Below, one piece after another: positions 13,150-26,100 of a DNA stretch of 64,000 bases. The notes under the pieces were generated by a model. It was not told the DNA's origin and did no database searches. It worked only from the letters and a program-made list of their open reading frames with translations. Origin of the DNA: Guillardia theta CCMP2712 (taxonomy: Eukaryota > Protista > Cryptophyta). Position 1 is the first letter of the stretch. Every line of letters begins with the position of its first letter. The position numbers and the translations under genes were made by a program. The DNA lies in assembly GCF_000315625.1 (NCBI RefSeq), contig NW_005434491.1, positions 28,013 to 92,012 of the forward strand, read 5' to 3'.

Positions 13150-15050
13150 GACGAGGCCCAGCTGACGGAAGGCTAGACTCGTGCAGGGAGCGAGGACGAG
13201 GGAGGGAAGCGCGTGCTGTGTCTCTTGATAAATCATCGCCTTCTTCTCTTTGTCTGTCTTCCCCCGGCTGATTTGTTTCGTTTCTCCCCTAACGGATGGC
13301 TCGATGTTTGATCCCCGCCAGGTCGCGGATCTCTTCCGACAAGAGAACGTGGCCGTTGATGATGGCGGCCTGCAGCAGATCAGAGTAGACGGGAGGGGAG
13401 CATGGCTGACCTGTAGCGGCGTCACCTTCGCCTCGTAAGTCTCTGCGGACAGATCTCCTCCTGCCAGCAAGCTGAGGCTCATCTCAAGCGAGCTATCTGC
13501 TCCTGAACCTGCTCGAACAAGCCGCCGTACAACCTCGCCGTACCCCTTGCTTGCTGCCCAATGACTGCGAGGAGGATGAGCTTGAGGGAGGAAGGAGGAG
13601 GATGAGCTTGAGGGAGGAAGGAGGAGGATGAGCTTTAGGGAGGAAGGAGGAGGATGAGCTTGAGGGAGGAAGGAGGAGGATGAGCTTGAGGGAGGAAGGA
13701 GGAGGATGAGCTTGAGGGAGGAAGGAGGAGGATGAGCTTGAGGGAGGAAGGAGGAGGATGAGCTTGAGGGAGGAAGGAGGAGGATGAGCTTGAGGGAGGA
13801 AGGAGGAGGATGAGCTTGAGGGAGGAAGGAGGAGGATGAGCTTGAGGGAGGAAGGAGGAGGATGAGCTTGAGGGAGGAAGGAGGAGGATGAGCTTGAGGG
13901 AGGAAGGAGGAGGATGAGCTTGAGGGAGGAAGGAGGAGGATGAGCTTGAGGGAGGAAGGAGGAGGATGAGCTTGAGGGAGGAAGGAGGAGGATGAGCTTG
14001 AGGGAGGAAGGGGTCGTTAGCTCACAGCGGGGTGTGCCCATCCACAGTTCTCGCATTGGGATCAGCTCCATATCGCAGCAACCTGAGGCAGAGCGTCAGG
14101 AACTGCTTCCACTTCATCTGGCATCACCATCGCACCACCCAGACGTTTCCTTTTCCGGCAGCAAGATGCAAACTCGTGGCCATAAAACAGCTGAGAAGCT
14201 GTCAGCCACTTCCAGACATCCACACTCTGCTCCAACTTGGGATCTGCGATGTTGACATCGATACCAACCTTCTTGACAAGATGTCTCACCTGCAAACAAC
14301 ATCAATCTCTTTTCCTTAACTCACTTGCAAGGATGCCGTGCACTCACTCCTCGCAAGTCGTTTGTGATGGCGTTGCTCCATAACATATTTTGCGCTGCCT
14401 AGACATTTTGTAAAGACTAGCCGACCATCAAAGCAGGCAGTTCTCACATCCAGAATTTGAATTTCGCGCTCGTTCTGTGCATGCCTGGTTGAAAGTGCCC
14501 TTGTGGACTTGGAGCCAGCTTCCAGGTATAACTTGTGCCTCATTTCAATCAACATCTTTTCTCCATCCAGTAGGAGCTCATTCCATAACAGTGGATTTCT
14601 TCGGCAAAGCTTCACCCATTTTGGTTGACATTATGTAAGACTTACCTTGACACAGGGTCGGCTGCTCCCGTGTTGTCGACAGCCTGACGAAGAGTTAGCG
14701 AACCTTTCAACGACAGGGCAGGAGGGGAGAATGATGGGATGCAAGGACAGAATGATGAGATACAAAGTGTTAATGATGGGACAAGGCCAGCGATCCGTAC
14801 ATCCTCTTCTCTTACATGGAGAACTGCTGTGAGGTGAGGAGTCGGTTGCCCGTAGGTGCGAAGCCATTCACGTGTTTTCTTTCTCTTGATGCGCTGCTCA
14901 ATATTGCATCACACACATCATGAAAAAATATTAGCAGAGAAGACATCACCATCTTTGTGATGGGGCGATTCATTTCCTCCAAATTCTTCATTCGCTGATG
15001 CATTGTTTGCCCGCGCCGTCTTCTTCCTCCTCCGCGTAGTCGTAGGTTTG
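13150..15050 (-). CDS. Hypothetical protein with probable ankyrin repeat, multi-exon
   Basis: Segments [13 protein letters not shown] and [19 protein letters not shown] together resemble an ankyrin repeat; exon structure and ends unresolved. Confidence 0.35.
13569..14011. repeat. 26-bp purine-rich minisatellite, about 17 copies (gatgagcttgagggaggaaggaggag)
   Basis: Unit starts recur at 13575, 13601 ... 13991. Confidence 0.95.
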
Positions 15051-15747
15051 CCATGGGTGACCGGCATGATTGAGCAGATGATGGCTGGTGAAACGAGCTG
15101 AGTAGATTGCGCGCATGGTGCTCATGGTGTGCAGAAAGTTGAAGGGGATATAGAAGGCCCTTCGAGTTCAAACAAAGTTGCGGGAGGAGGAGGAGGAGGA
15201 GGAGGAGCCGCACCAAGACGGCAACCATGGCATGAGCGGCTCTAACGCAATGAAGACTTTCTTGTTCTAATTCTTGTTCTAATTCTAGAACACGGTTCTT
15301 AAATTTTGTCTCAAAATCCTTGTTAGTACGGTCAGAGTACGGTCGGAAGATGACTGAGAAGGCCCGGGCCCGGGCCCAGTACGGCATGCGAGAGATAGGC
15401 CCGGGGCCCGGGGGGTGGATGATTGGAGGTGATAAAGTAGGGTAGTAGAAGAGCCATCATAGAGGTAGGAGGGTCTGGGGTACTAGGAACTTCAATCACG
15501 GAATGGTAGGCCCGGGACCGAGCAATGGGACGGGGTGGGGTACTAATGTGTCAGTGTGTTCCATCATTAGTCGCCGGGATCTCATTGGAAAGAGGGGTGG
15601 GGTGGTGGGAAATGAGGGATGGTATGGAGGGGTAGTTCCAGGCAGTAGGTAGGATGATACCTGAAACAGGGGTGGGGGTGGGCAAGGTAAAAAAAAGAGC
15701 GCGTGCGAGTGCAGACAAGGCGGGTGGAGGAGCAGCGAGAAGCGAAA

Positions 15748-16490
15748 ATGTTTGACAAAGTTGTGGTGGTTGACTGCAGGGGCCACCTGCTTGGAAGACT
15801 CGCTTCCATCATCGCTAAAGAGCTTCTCGGAGGTCAGCATGTTGTTCTTACAAGATGTGAGGAGCTCAACATCAGCGGAAGCTTCATCCGCAACAAGTAC
15901 CTCTTCATGTCCATGCTCCGCAAGAAGAAGAACAGCAACCCTTCCAAGGGTCCTTACCACTTCCGATCCCCTGCAAGGATGGCGTGGAGGGTTATCCGTG
16001 GTATGATGCAGCACAAGTCTCCTCGCTGCCAAGCTGCCCTTGACAGACTCAAGGTGAACGGATTGAAACGCACAGCTAGCTTGTTTCTGAGATTTGATAT
16101 CTGACTGGTCATTCTGCAGGTGTTTGAGGGCATTCCTCCTCCCTATGACAAGGTCAAGCGCGTGGTCATTCCGACAGCGCTTCGCATCCTCCGCCTGAAG
16201 CCGAATAGGAAATACACCAACCTCGGACGCATGTGCTCTGAAGTCGGATGGAAGCATTGGGACACCATCAAGGAGCTTGAGGAGAAACGCAAAGTCAAGG
16301 GAAATGCATTCTGGGCGAAGAAGAAGGAAGCAATTCAGGTTTTGTGCTTGATATTATGTAGAACGCGAGAGTGATAAGTATTTTCTAATCGCAGATGAGA
16401 ACTAAGGCCATGAAGCAAGCAGCACAGGATCCTAAGGTCAAGAAAGTTCAGAAAATTCTTGACATGGTAGAGAACCCTTCAATGGCTTAA
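15748..16490 (+). CDS. RPL13A: 60S ribosomal protein L13a (uL13); exons 15748-16053, 16120-16338, 16395-16490
   Basis: [54 protein letters not shown]; two GT-AG introns restore the frame. Confidence 0.97.
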
Positions 16491-17832
16491 GTTTGCTCAA
16501 TCATGACCATCAAGTAAATCACAGTTCGCAATTTCGCACGATTTCTCATACTGCAGTAGCTGATAGTGAATTCGCCTTGCCCGGTGTGCTGCCTCTTGCA
16601 AACAGCATTGTTGGGTGAGGGAACTTAGCCTGTGTCCCTATGCTCTAATTGCATGAGAATTCTTGAGCTTGAAGTCCATCACATGCTGGAGCTTCAGGTC
16701 CCATGCAATGTTACGTTGGTGTATTTGAACACGTTTATCATCTTTGCCTCCCTGAACTGTGCAGTGCAAATATTTTTTCCAATTTTTGTTTTCTATGGAT
16801 CTTTTATTCCTGCTGCAAAATTCCCTTCCTATCCTCACTCGGGCATGAAACCGATCCTCTATCTCTCAGTCTCTCTCTTCCCTGCTCTCTTGGATTCTTC
16901 TGCTCCCCAATCTGAGGTCAGAACCTTACTCTTACTCTCTCTCTGCCGCCCCGTGTTGGACCTTCGCCTCTCCTCCAAGCAACTGCTTCCTATGATGAGA
17001 CGAGTTCACAAGATATCAATGCTCGCTAACCTTGCCTGTTATCACTTTTGCGTCTTGGTTACATGACTGAGAAAGATTCAATGTTCGCTTCAATCCTTTG
17101 AAGTCACTACTTAATGTTTTATGCCTGCCCTCTTCGATTCTTCTGCTTTCCATTCGGAGGTGAGACTCTCACTCTTTCTTTCTCTTCCCCCCTTTTCCTC
17201 CCTCACGATCTTCAAGCCCTGATCTTACTCGGGGATCACAAGAGTCTTTCAGAATGTTCTGCTTTGTTGCAATAAATTACATCCATCCGTTGCCTGTCTC
17301 TCAAAAATCTTTGACGACAGCCTGGGCATCATTGAAATTGACATGACAGAAGGCAACGGACTGCTAGGTCACTTGTCTAGTAAACCATTCATTTGTGCGC
17401 CTTTTACTGACCAATTTCCGATTCTGCCAGTCAATCAGAGTGCAATTCCAAGAGCCTGGACCTGCATTCAGTAAGTAAACTGCTGCAACAAGACAGGAAG
17501 GGTGGAGCCCAGCCAGGTCAGACTTGGATGTAAACCCTGAACCATGTACTCCTTTAAATTCGGATTATCATTTAATCTTACTTTATGTGAAAGCGAGAGG
17601 CCTCTTGATACAACACAATTATTTGTGCTCAATGCAAGAAATTGAGCACCATGGCAGCATCCAACGTGAAATGGGAATATACGAATAGAGTTTGCATCAC
17701 TGACTGCACAAATGGTTTAGAACACAATGTCAAGTATCAAAAAGCTTTCAATATTTACTTTTCCCTTCACATTTGTTTTCCGGATTAACATTTTTTCCAC
17801 TTCACTATATCTAATTCCGATCCAAAAGTTTT

Positions 17833-19010
17833 CTACTTCGAATTCTGAAAAACGCTGCTTGCCATAGCCGATCGCAGTTGCACATCCAAGACCTCCTTGA
17901 GTCGTGACTCTCCGAATTCTTTGAACGAGCGATCTAGAATATCTGTCGATATGGCTGAGTCAGCTTCGTTGAGGTGCTTCTGGATAGCTTCACTGAGGCG
18001 AGCCGCACTTTCAAGCGCACAATTGCACCCTTCCCCAAGTGATGGAGTCATACAGTGGCCGGCATCCCCGATTAGGACAACACGGTCATTGCAAGCATTG
18101 AGGCAATCTTCCACTTTGATCCAAGATACTCTTCGACTTATTGTCATGTCACAAATATTGTCCAAGATTCCCGCAGTTTTTAGGAATGGAAACTCCTTGC
18201 CCAACAATTCTTTTGCTCTCATCAGGGTTTCATTGTTTTCAGATTCACCATTCCAAGAAATGATGTTACCATCCGTTGGTTGCAGCCAGGGATACGAAGC
18301 TAAAATTTCGTTGAACAATACCCAGGAAATAGACGCCGTTCCGTCGAGCAAAGGAGCGAGCATAAGATACATTGCAATTTGCGGAGTTTGCGGCTTCAAA
18401 ACATGTAAAGATTTCTCAACATGATCAGGCCATCTGGTCAGGCTAAACGAAACGCCCCATGAGTTTTCTTTGATTTCCTGATATTTGTACATCTTGCTTT
18501 TGTCCCCAGTATGTTTGAATGGGCTACAGGTCCGAATTGCAGACCATTTGCCGTCAGCTCCAATCACGTGTGAAAATGTTTTTGCATCACCATTACTCAA
18601 ACTCAACTCTAGAAGTTTCCCGTTTTCACGAGCATTCAGGTCATCTACCTTAACACCATGGCTGATGTCTGCGTTAGGCATTGCTCGCAATGCGTGTGTC
18701 AGAAGCTTCGTCAAAGCAGTTCGGGTGATTGCATACTGCGGAGGATTACGCTCTATCACATTCTCCTTGTCTCCTGACTTGACAATTATCCTTGTTCTGA
18801 TGAGAGCCTCTTTATGCACTTGATGAAGTAGACCTGCATGCTGCAAGGAGTTCAGCCCTCTCTGATTCAAGTTGATCGAGTACGATCTGCTGTTCCATTC
18901 AGATACAGATTGAGCTTGCTCAAATACACAGACATCCAGTCCCCTTTGAGCTAAAAGGAGGGCAGCCAACAAGCCAGCAGGACCCGCGCCTACCACAGCA
19001 ACCTGCCATG
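17833..19010 (-). CDS. FAD-dependent monooxygenase (kynurenine 3-monooxygenase/aromatic hydroxylase-like); short upstream exon likely
   Basis: VGAGPAG, RSYSINLNQRG, IGADGKWSAIR, VLIGDAGHCMTPSLGEGCNCALE. Confidence 0.88.
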
Positions 19011-21199
19011 AACCATCACAAGTCTTGTGTGTCGCACATTATCCCCTCGCAACTTACTTGCGGCAGCATTCCTGCCTCACGCCTCCCCAGTAAACCTCAA
19101 GCAAAACCTGTTCTCTTTTTAAAAATTACTATGCTTTGTAAAATTGCATTTTATTATCCGTGACAGATGCAGGACACTGTCCGGCGATACTATATACGCT
19201 TTACTCAAAGTTAAGTTAAAGATCAGCACTAGCCCCTGAGCTACTAGTTCTGTCGGATGAGAAAATTTTTAGAGAAAAGCTGCAAGATTTTGATAGATCT
19301 CATGAAAATCTCAAATTGCCATATCACATTTTAAATTCTAAAGGCGATGTAGTAGGTAGGACAAGCTTTGGGTGGGGAGAATGGAGCCAAGGCGGGTGGT
19401 TTTTCCCTCTCATAGAAGGGTATGATCTGAGAAATTATGGGATTTCAAATTTGGAGATAGGCAATGTAGGGTAGGGTAGGGTAGGGTAGGGACTCCAAAC
19501 CTAATTTGAATTTAGGGATGGGGGGTACTAGGGAAAGTAGACGAATTTGAGAGGGTGGTAGAAGGTGCCGAGGAAGGAGAAATGTTTCGGGAGGAGGATC
19601 ATCAAGTGCAGGGCGGGGAGAGGCGAAGTTGGTGTGAATTATCTATTGCCATTAATAGTAATTCAAACATGTAGAAGATGGGGAGAAGAAGGGCAGCTCA
19701 AAGACATTCGCAACGAGCCATAGTGCTGGCCCGTCATCAAAATCCTCAGGGTGGGGCACTGATTCATGGATTATGGGGTGGGTGCTGGCGCCACTCTTAA
19801 ACACCCTGACATGAACCCTACCCATTCAAGGGGATCTACCGGGACCCTGGTGACTAACCAACCAAGAAACATCCTACTACCCGTATTTACAATAATTCTT
19901 TCCCGGTCAACTATACCCCTCCTTCTACTTTGAACCCCATGGAAAATCATACCCCTACCCTCATGATCTGTTCTGCTCAATACTAATAAACCCCCACCCC
20001 CCCGTTCCCTCATTTGCCAACGCAGTAGCAGCTGTCAGCCATACTTGTGACCCCCCACCCCCCATAGCAGTCACCCACCCCCTGAATCGAGACATTTATA
20101 ACCCAAACAATCCTATTCATCCTTTACCCCACCCGTGATCCTGCTTATATACAACCCCCAGATATGACCTGTGGATACCCACCTCACCCTTTGTGGCAAT
20201 TACACCCCTGTAGCCTACCACCACCACCCCCCTTTTGAGCTCTGTCTCGTTCCTCCAAGTAGAAGCCGCGGATGCAGAAGGCGCCAAAGCATAAAAGTGG
20301 GCGAGTAGCGAGGAAGGGACTATGGCGAAGGGAGAGCAAGCTTAAGACAGCCAGAGAATCATAGCCAGCTCAAAAGGAAGGGCTGATACATAAGTGGGAA
20401 AGGTTGATCATTAGGTAACCAGGGAGGGAAACGGCTGAAGGCATAGTCATGCAGGCCTAGCAAAGTGACGAAAAATGGCATGCTCGAAGATTCTTGTCAC
20501 CACTTGAAGATTGACGAGCAATGGAGAAAGTGTTACCATCAAGAAAATCTATCAGATTAATATTGAAGATGAAACGATGGATGTGGTTACAACATTCGGT
20601 GAACAATACGAAGGGGATCAAACAAACAGTTATTTTTTGAGCATTTGAAAAATGTCAGTTCGAGGATCAGGACAGGATCACGTCCTTAATATATCACAGT
20701 GTTAGGACTTGATGTAGCTCTTCCTAATAATGATGCACCCTTGCTAATCAGATCAGACATTGATAATTTCTTTCAAACATATATTGTGGCTGTGCGACAA
20801 GAAGTTAATTCACAAGAAAACTGTTCTTATTTCCATTCAGAAACTTTCTAAGATTCTTTCGGTCAAGTGATTCTGAGTTTGTGCCAGGGGGCTGCCGAGT
20901 CATCTGCTTAATCGTCAACCAAGTGCAATGTATTTGCTTTCAATCCTCCTTGCCGGTTATTCACTTAAATGAATCGCAGGTGTCCTGCTCGTGACAAGGT
21001 AATGGAAATCGCATTGCTTATTGTCTTCTTGGCACGTGACTTTCATTTCAAGAACAATAAGTCAGTGAGTACTGTACCGAGGAAATCGAACAAGAGGTTG
21101 CATTTTGGTAAAATCCTTTCCCTGGGATGCTTATTTGCATGTACAGCAAAGGAAGTTTTGTCCTGCCAGTTTATCCTCGTGGAGAACCTGCTCCTGCTC

Positions 21200-23069
21200 G
21201 AAAACGTGGATGTGCATCTTTGCGTTGTCATATCTGAACCCGTGACAGGAAAGAGCCCTAAGCCAGATGGTCACGAGCTTGAATTGGAAACCGAGCATAC
21301 GGTATGCCGTTTGAACTGCCGATATGAATATGACATTGATGCAGGTCCCATGGATTGCTGCATTGACCACCTATTTTTCATATGCCATTTTGATGGTTTT
21401 TGGCACTTTGCGCGATGCTGTCTTCAATGTTATGTGCGTTGTTGACCCTGGACGCTACCGTTCTCCGACACCTAAAGTCAGTTTTGCTGTTTGATAACAA
21501 CAAGATCTGAGTGTGAGTCAGGGCTTTGCCAAATTGATGAACGATTTCCAAGATTTTTACACAAGGCGCCTCTACCATCGTATTCAGGTTAGCTTGTTGC
21601 CACTCTATATGAATTTGCCTGAACTTCATGGATGCTTCAGGATTGCTTCAATCGACCTATATCAAGTGCACCAGGGGCATGGATCGATGTCATTGAGCGT
21701 GAATTTGCTAATGCTGAAATGGTATTTACATGCTTGTTTCTGCTAACGTATTATGATTGCCTTTGTGTTAGAGTACCATGCGGCATACTGGAAGCCATGT
21801 TACAGCACTGAATCTTTCATCTTATAATTATCTTGGTTTTGCTGAGTCGGATCTTGAAATGAGGGATGAGGTATAACAACACTTTCAAATTTTTATTTCT
21901 AATTGTTGTTTTTCCTGACTGATTTTGTCCAGGTTGTATCATCTATGAGGAGGTTGGGGGTTGGAAATGCAAGCTCAAGGACGGAGTTGGGTACCACGGA
22001 TGTTCATCACGAGCTCGAAGCCAGGGTGGCACGATTTTTGGGAAAGGAGGCTGCAATTGTTTTTGGAATGGGTTTTGCAACGAATTCCACGGTTTTGCCA
22101 ACTTTAGTCGGTTCTGGGGGACTGATCATCTCGGACGAATTGAACCACTCATCTATTGTGACTGGAGCCAGGAGCAGTAATGCCAGGATCAAGGTGTTCA
22201 AGCACAACTGTGCCAAAAGCTTGGAAGAAATACTTCGCAGCTCCATTGCAGAGGGACAACCGCGTACAAAACTTCCATGGAAGAAGATTCTTGTGGTTGT
22301 TGAAGGACTTTACAGTATGGAGGGAGAAGTATGTGACCTCAAGAACATTGTTCAAGTTTGCAAGAAGTACAAGGCCTACGTGTACGTGGATGAAGCCCAT
22401 AGTATTGGTGCATTGGGTGCGACTGGTCGGGGTGTTCTGGAATACTGCGGAGTTGAACCAGTCGATGTCGATGTCATGATGGGAACGTTCACCAAGTCGT
22501 TTGGGTCAGTCGGAGGGTACATTGCGTCCACCAAGGAGGTGATTGACTACATCAGGAGAATGTCACCAGGATCAATCTATGCTTGCTCAATGTCTCCTGG
22601 TTGTGTAACGCAGGCTAGTCTGGCCCTGCGAATGATTGCTGGAGAAGACGGCACCGACAAGGGAAAGAAAAAACTTGACCAGCTGAGGCGCAATTCCAAC
22701 CTATTTCGGGCTGGCCTTCAGAGAATGGGGTGTGAGGTGCTTGGGCACACGGACTCTCCTGTGATTCCAGTGATGCTGTACAACCCAGCAAAGATTCCTG
22801 CGTTCTCCAGAGAATGTTTGGCCCGCAAATTAGCAGTAGTTGTTGTTGGATTCCCAGCCACTCCGCTGATCAAATCAAGGGTTCGATTTTGTTTGTCTGC
22901 AGCTCACACAGAGGAGGACTTGATCTCAGCCTTAAAAGTCATCGACGAAGTTGCTGAAAGAGTTATGATCAAGTATAAATGGACTGGACGTCCCAATGTC
23001 GCCCCATCAGCAGTGGTACAACGTTTAAGTCAGGCATGGAGAAAGAATCGAGGGTTGGATGTTTTCTGA
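21200..23069 (+). CDS. LCB2: Serine palmitoyltransferase long-chain base subunit 2 (multi-exon; start approximate)
   Basis: FYTRRLYHRIQ/DCFNRPISSAPG, LNLSSYNYLGFA, DEAHSIGALG, PLP-lysine motif GTFTKSFG, VVVGFPATP, RVRFCLSAAHT. Confidence 0.93.
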
Positions 23070-23174
23070 CTTGTTTGTTAGGAGTACTTTGTGGATGTGG
23101 TTGGCGAGTGGGATGCCACTCATTTCAACTGGAGGGTGTGACCTCCGAAACTGCTTCTTCGCGCCGCTTATTGT

Positions 23175-26100
23175 TCAACGCAGGACACGATCACGATCGA
23201 TACCAACGGCCGTTTTGCACGCGGTAATGGCGAACAAGGCAGTTGGAATGTGCAGGTGAGACTCAAAGAACACATGCATGGCATTGGACCTCACATTCGA
23301 GCAGGAGAGAAACGGCAAGACCGTTCTTCGTCTTGAATGGGATCGCTGGCCAACGGAGGAGTTGGAGTTGGTGCACATGGATCAAAGAGACCCATGCGCT
23401 AGTCCGCGCAGACATGTCTTCAAGGTACGTTAATGGTCCCCTTGTCACTTGTAACGTGCTCCTGCAGGGGCATGGCAACATTATCACTGCTAATAGCAAC
23501 ACCATCCCTTTCCCTGACCTTATCCCTGGCTCGCACTCTACTTTCACCCTCCGCCCCAAGGGTTCTTTGATATCCCCCAACGTGAGCCCAATGCCGAGCC
23601 CGTCGAAGCCCGCAGCCACTTCCCGCATCTCTCAACGCAAGATCCAGTAACTGCCGCAGCTGCCCAAATATAGGCTGATATCTTCGAGACCACCTCGATG
23701 CTAGAATTGTATTGTTTAACATTTGATAAATTCTTTGTTTGTGGGATCAGTTAGACGCTGATTCTGCTCCTTTGTGATCTGCCCATACGTCATGACAGAT
23801 AAAGTTTTCCCAGCTGGCTCTGAATTTTGCGACAAGCGCGGAGGGCGATGGATCTGTTGCTAGTAGACAGTCAGTACAACAAAAAGATCGCCGTGGTCAG
23901 CTCTTACATCCTCGCCGCCAGGGTGGGCTGCCGTAGGCGGACGGTCTCAAGGACCTGCAGTCATGCATGAGAAGCAAAGTATACGACAAGCGTCACTCAC
24001 ATCATGAGAGATCTCTAAGCACACCGCGTCCTCTTCCGCCACCATCTGCCGCATCTTCACCTTCACCTTCCTCTCTTCCTCTATCTCATCTTTTTCTCGG
24101 ACCTGGTACAAGAAGCCAACATTTCCTAAACCGAACAAGTTTCCTCCACCGAAAAGCTCTCCTGACCCTGCAGGCATTCAGATTCGGAGCATAGCGCTCA
24201 GTCCTGCTTACTTCGCTTGCTCATTACTCGATCTCTGTCCGCCCGAGCTGTCACTGATCCTTGCAAGATGAAGAAGATCGCTTTGCGTAGGCTACCGCGT
24301 TCCGCGATGGTTTCTCCCGCCTGGAACCTTGGGTGGGAGTCACAGTTTGACAACGGAAGAAGTCAGTCACCTGAGGAGAGGACAGCGCTCGAGAAATTCG
24401 AGGATGTTATCAAGGTCGTGCTCGTTGATGAGCTCGTTCCCTGATACCAACTCAAACTGAAAAATGATTCTGAAAGGTATGTCAGACCCTCTTGCAAAGT
24501 TTTGCTGCGAACCTTTCAAGGTGTTCCCTTTCAGAGTTCTTGAAGAAGTTGCGTTCTAGCGCCTCCACCTGTGTCTTCTTGAGGAGCCCCCGGATCATGT
24601 CGCGAGCCGCCAGTGCCGTCTGCCTGCTGACAATCCAAAACCTGTAAGCTTCCACGAACTCTGAATCCTCCTCCAGCTGTTTGCCGGGCAGAAGACTCCG
24701 TAAGCTTCCCCCGAAGTTCTTTCGATTTCGAACTGGGCGAGGGTCAACCGGTTCGACTTTCTTTGCGGCTTCATTCTCCAGGTGTTGCTTGACGTTGTCG
24801 GAGCTGTAAGAATATCGCTTCAATCGAATCTGACGAGACCTGTTGTTGGGAGACAATCGCTCCACCCTCCTCTTGTTTCGAGGGGACTCCAGCATGGAGT
24901 CTGTGGAGTACGCAGATGCTCGGGGGCTGCTCTCGTCGCTTGTTCCACCTGCGTCGACTCGTTTGACCGGTCTGGCAAAGATTGTCAGCATCTCGCTCTT
25001 GACTGTGACGCTCGTGATCTCATTGATGGGAAAATTGACGTCACTAGAAGAGTCTGCAAAGCAGACCATCTCCGGGAATATGACCATCACTCCGTTGGAG
25101 TCTTGTACAAGCGAGGACTTGCGCACAGGGGCCCACGATCGCTGCATCGACGCTGAGGTGGAGAAGAGGTAGGGTTGCGCGGCAGGGATCTTTTGCTTCT
25201 GTCGGATCCCTTTGATGATGGCCTCGATCTCAGCTTCGATGGCGAACTTCTTCTTGTCTCTCTTGAGATCCGCCTGGCTCACCTCAGACTCTTCAAGACT
25301 CCAAGCGGCTCACTCACCATCACTGTGGACTCGGCAAGGTGTCGCTCGTACACAGCTGACTTGGCCGTGGACTCCCTGGCAAGTGCGTGATAGAGTATGT
25401 CAAGATCGATGTCTGTCAAGCTGTTTATCTGCAGAGGTGGCCCGGCGTTCTTGTTTTCCACACAGATGGATCTAACCTGCACAGCGTCATGGCTCGTGTG
25501 GTACAGTAGCGGCTCACCTTGACTGCTGCTGAGTACGCCTTGACATGATCGCAAGAGTTGTCTTCGTCTGGCCCCAGAAAGAAGGACAGATCTCCAAAGA
25601 AATCTCCAGCTCCGAGGACGATCCCAGGGAGGTCCGTGTCTTTCTTCGACGTCCGAAACTTCCCTGCCGAGCTGTCAGCAGCGAGCACTGGGAGCGGCAG
25701 CTGGGCACCTCCCACATCAAGCATCACGATCCCCGACACAATCAAGAAGAGCTGTCTTCCTCCTGAGCTCAAGACCGGAGAATATATCATCTCTCCCTTT
25801 CCAAACGTCTGTGCAATAGGACAGCACTGAGCGAAAATCCGCTGAACCTCGTCTTGAATGCGCAGCTCTCGCAGGGCATGCGGTAGTGACAAGATCATTC
25901 CCCAGTGAAACCTTTGCCTCTGTAGGGCATCAAGATACGAATTGTCTGAAATAGCTGAATCTTCAGGTTTTGACTTGGACCCAAGCCCCTCCCACATACG
26001 GAGGCGAATCGCAAAGTCATCATCAAACTTGGTTGAGGGTTTGTTGTAAGCTCCATCTATTTCACTCTTTTTGAAGAACATCTCATTCTCCATGATGAAA

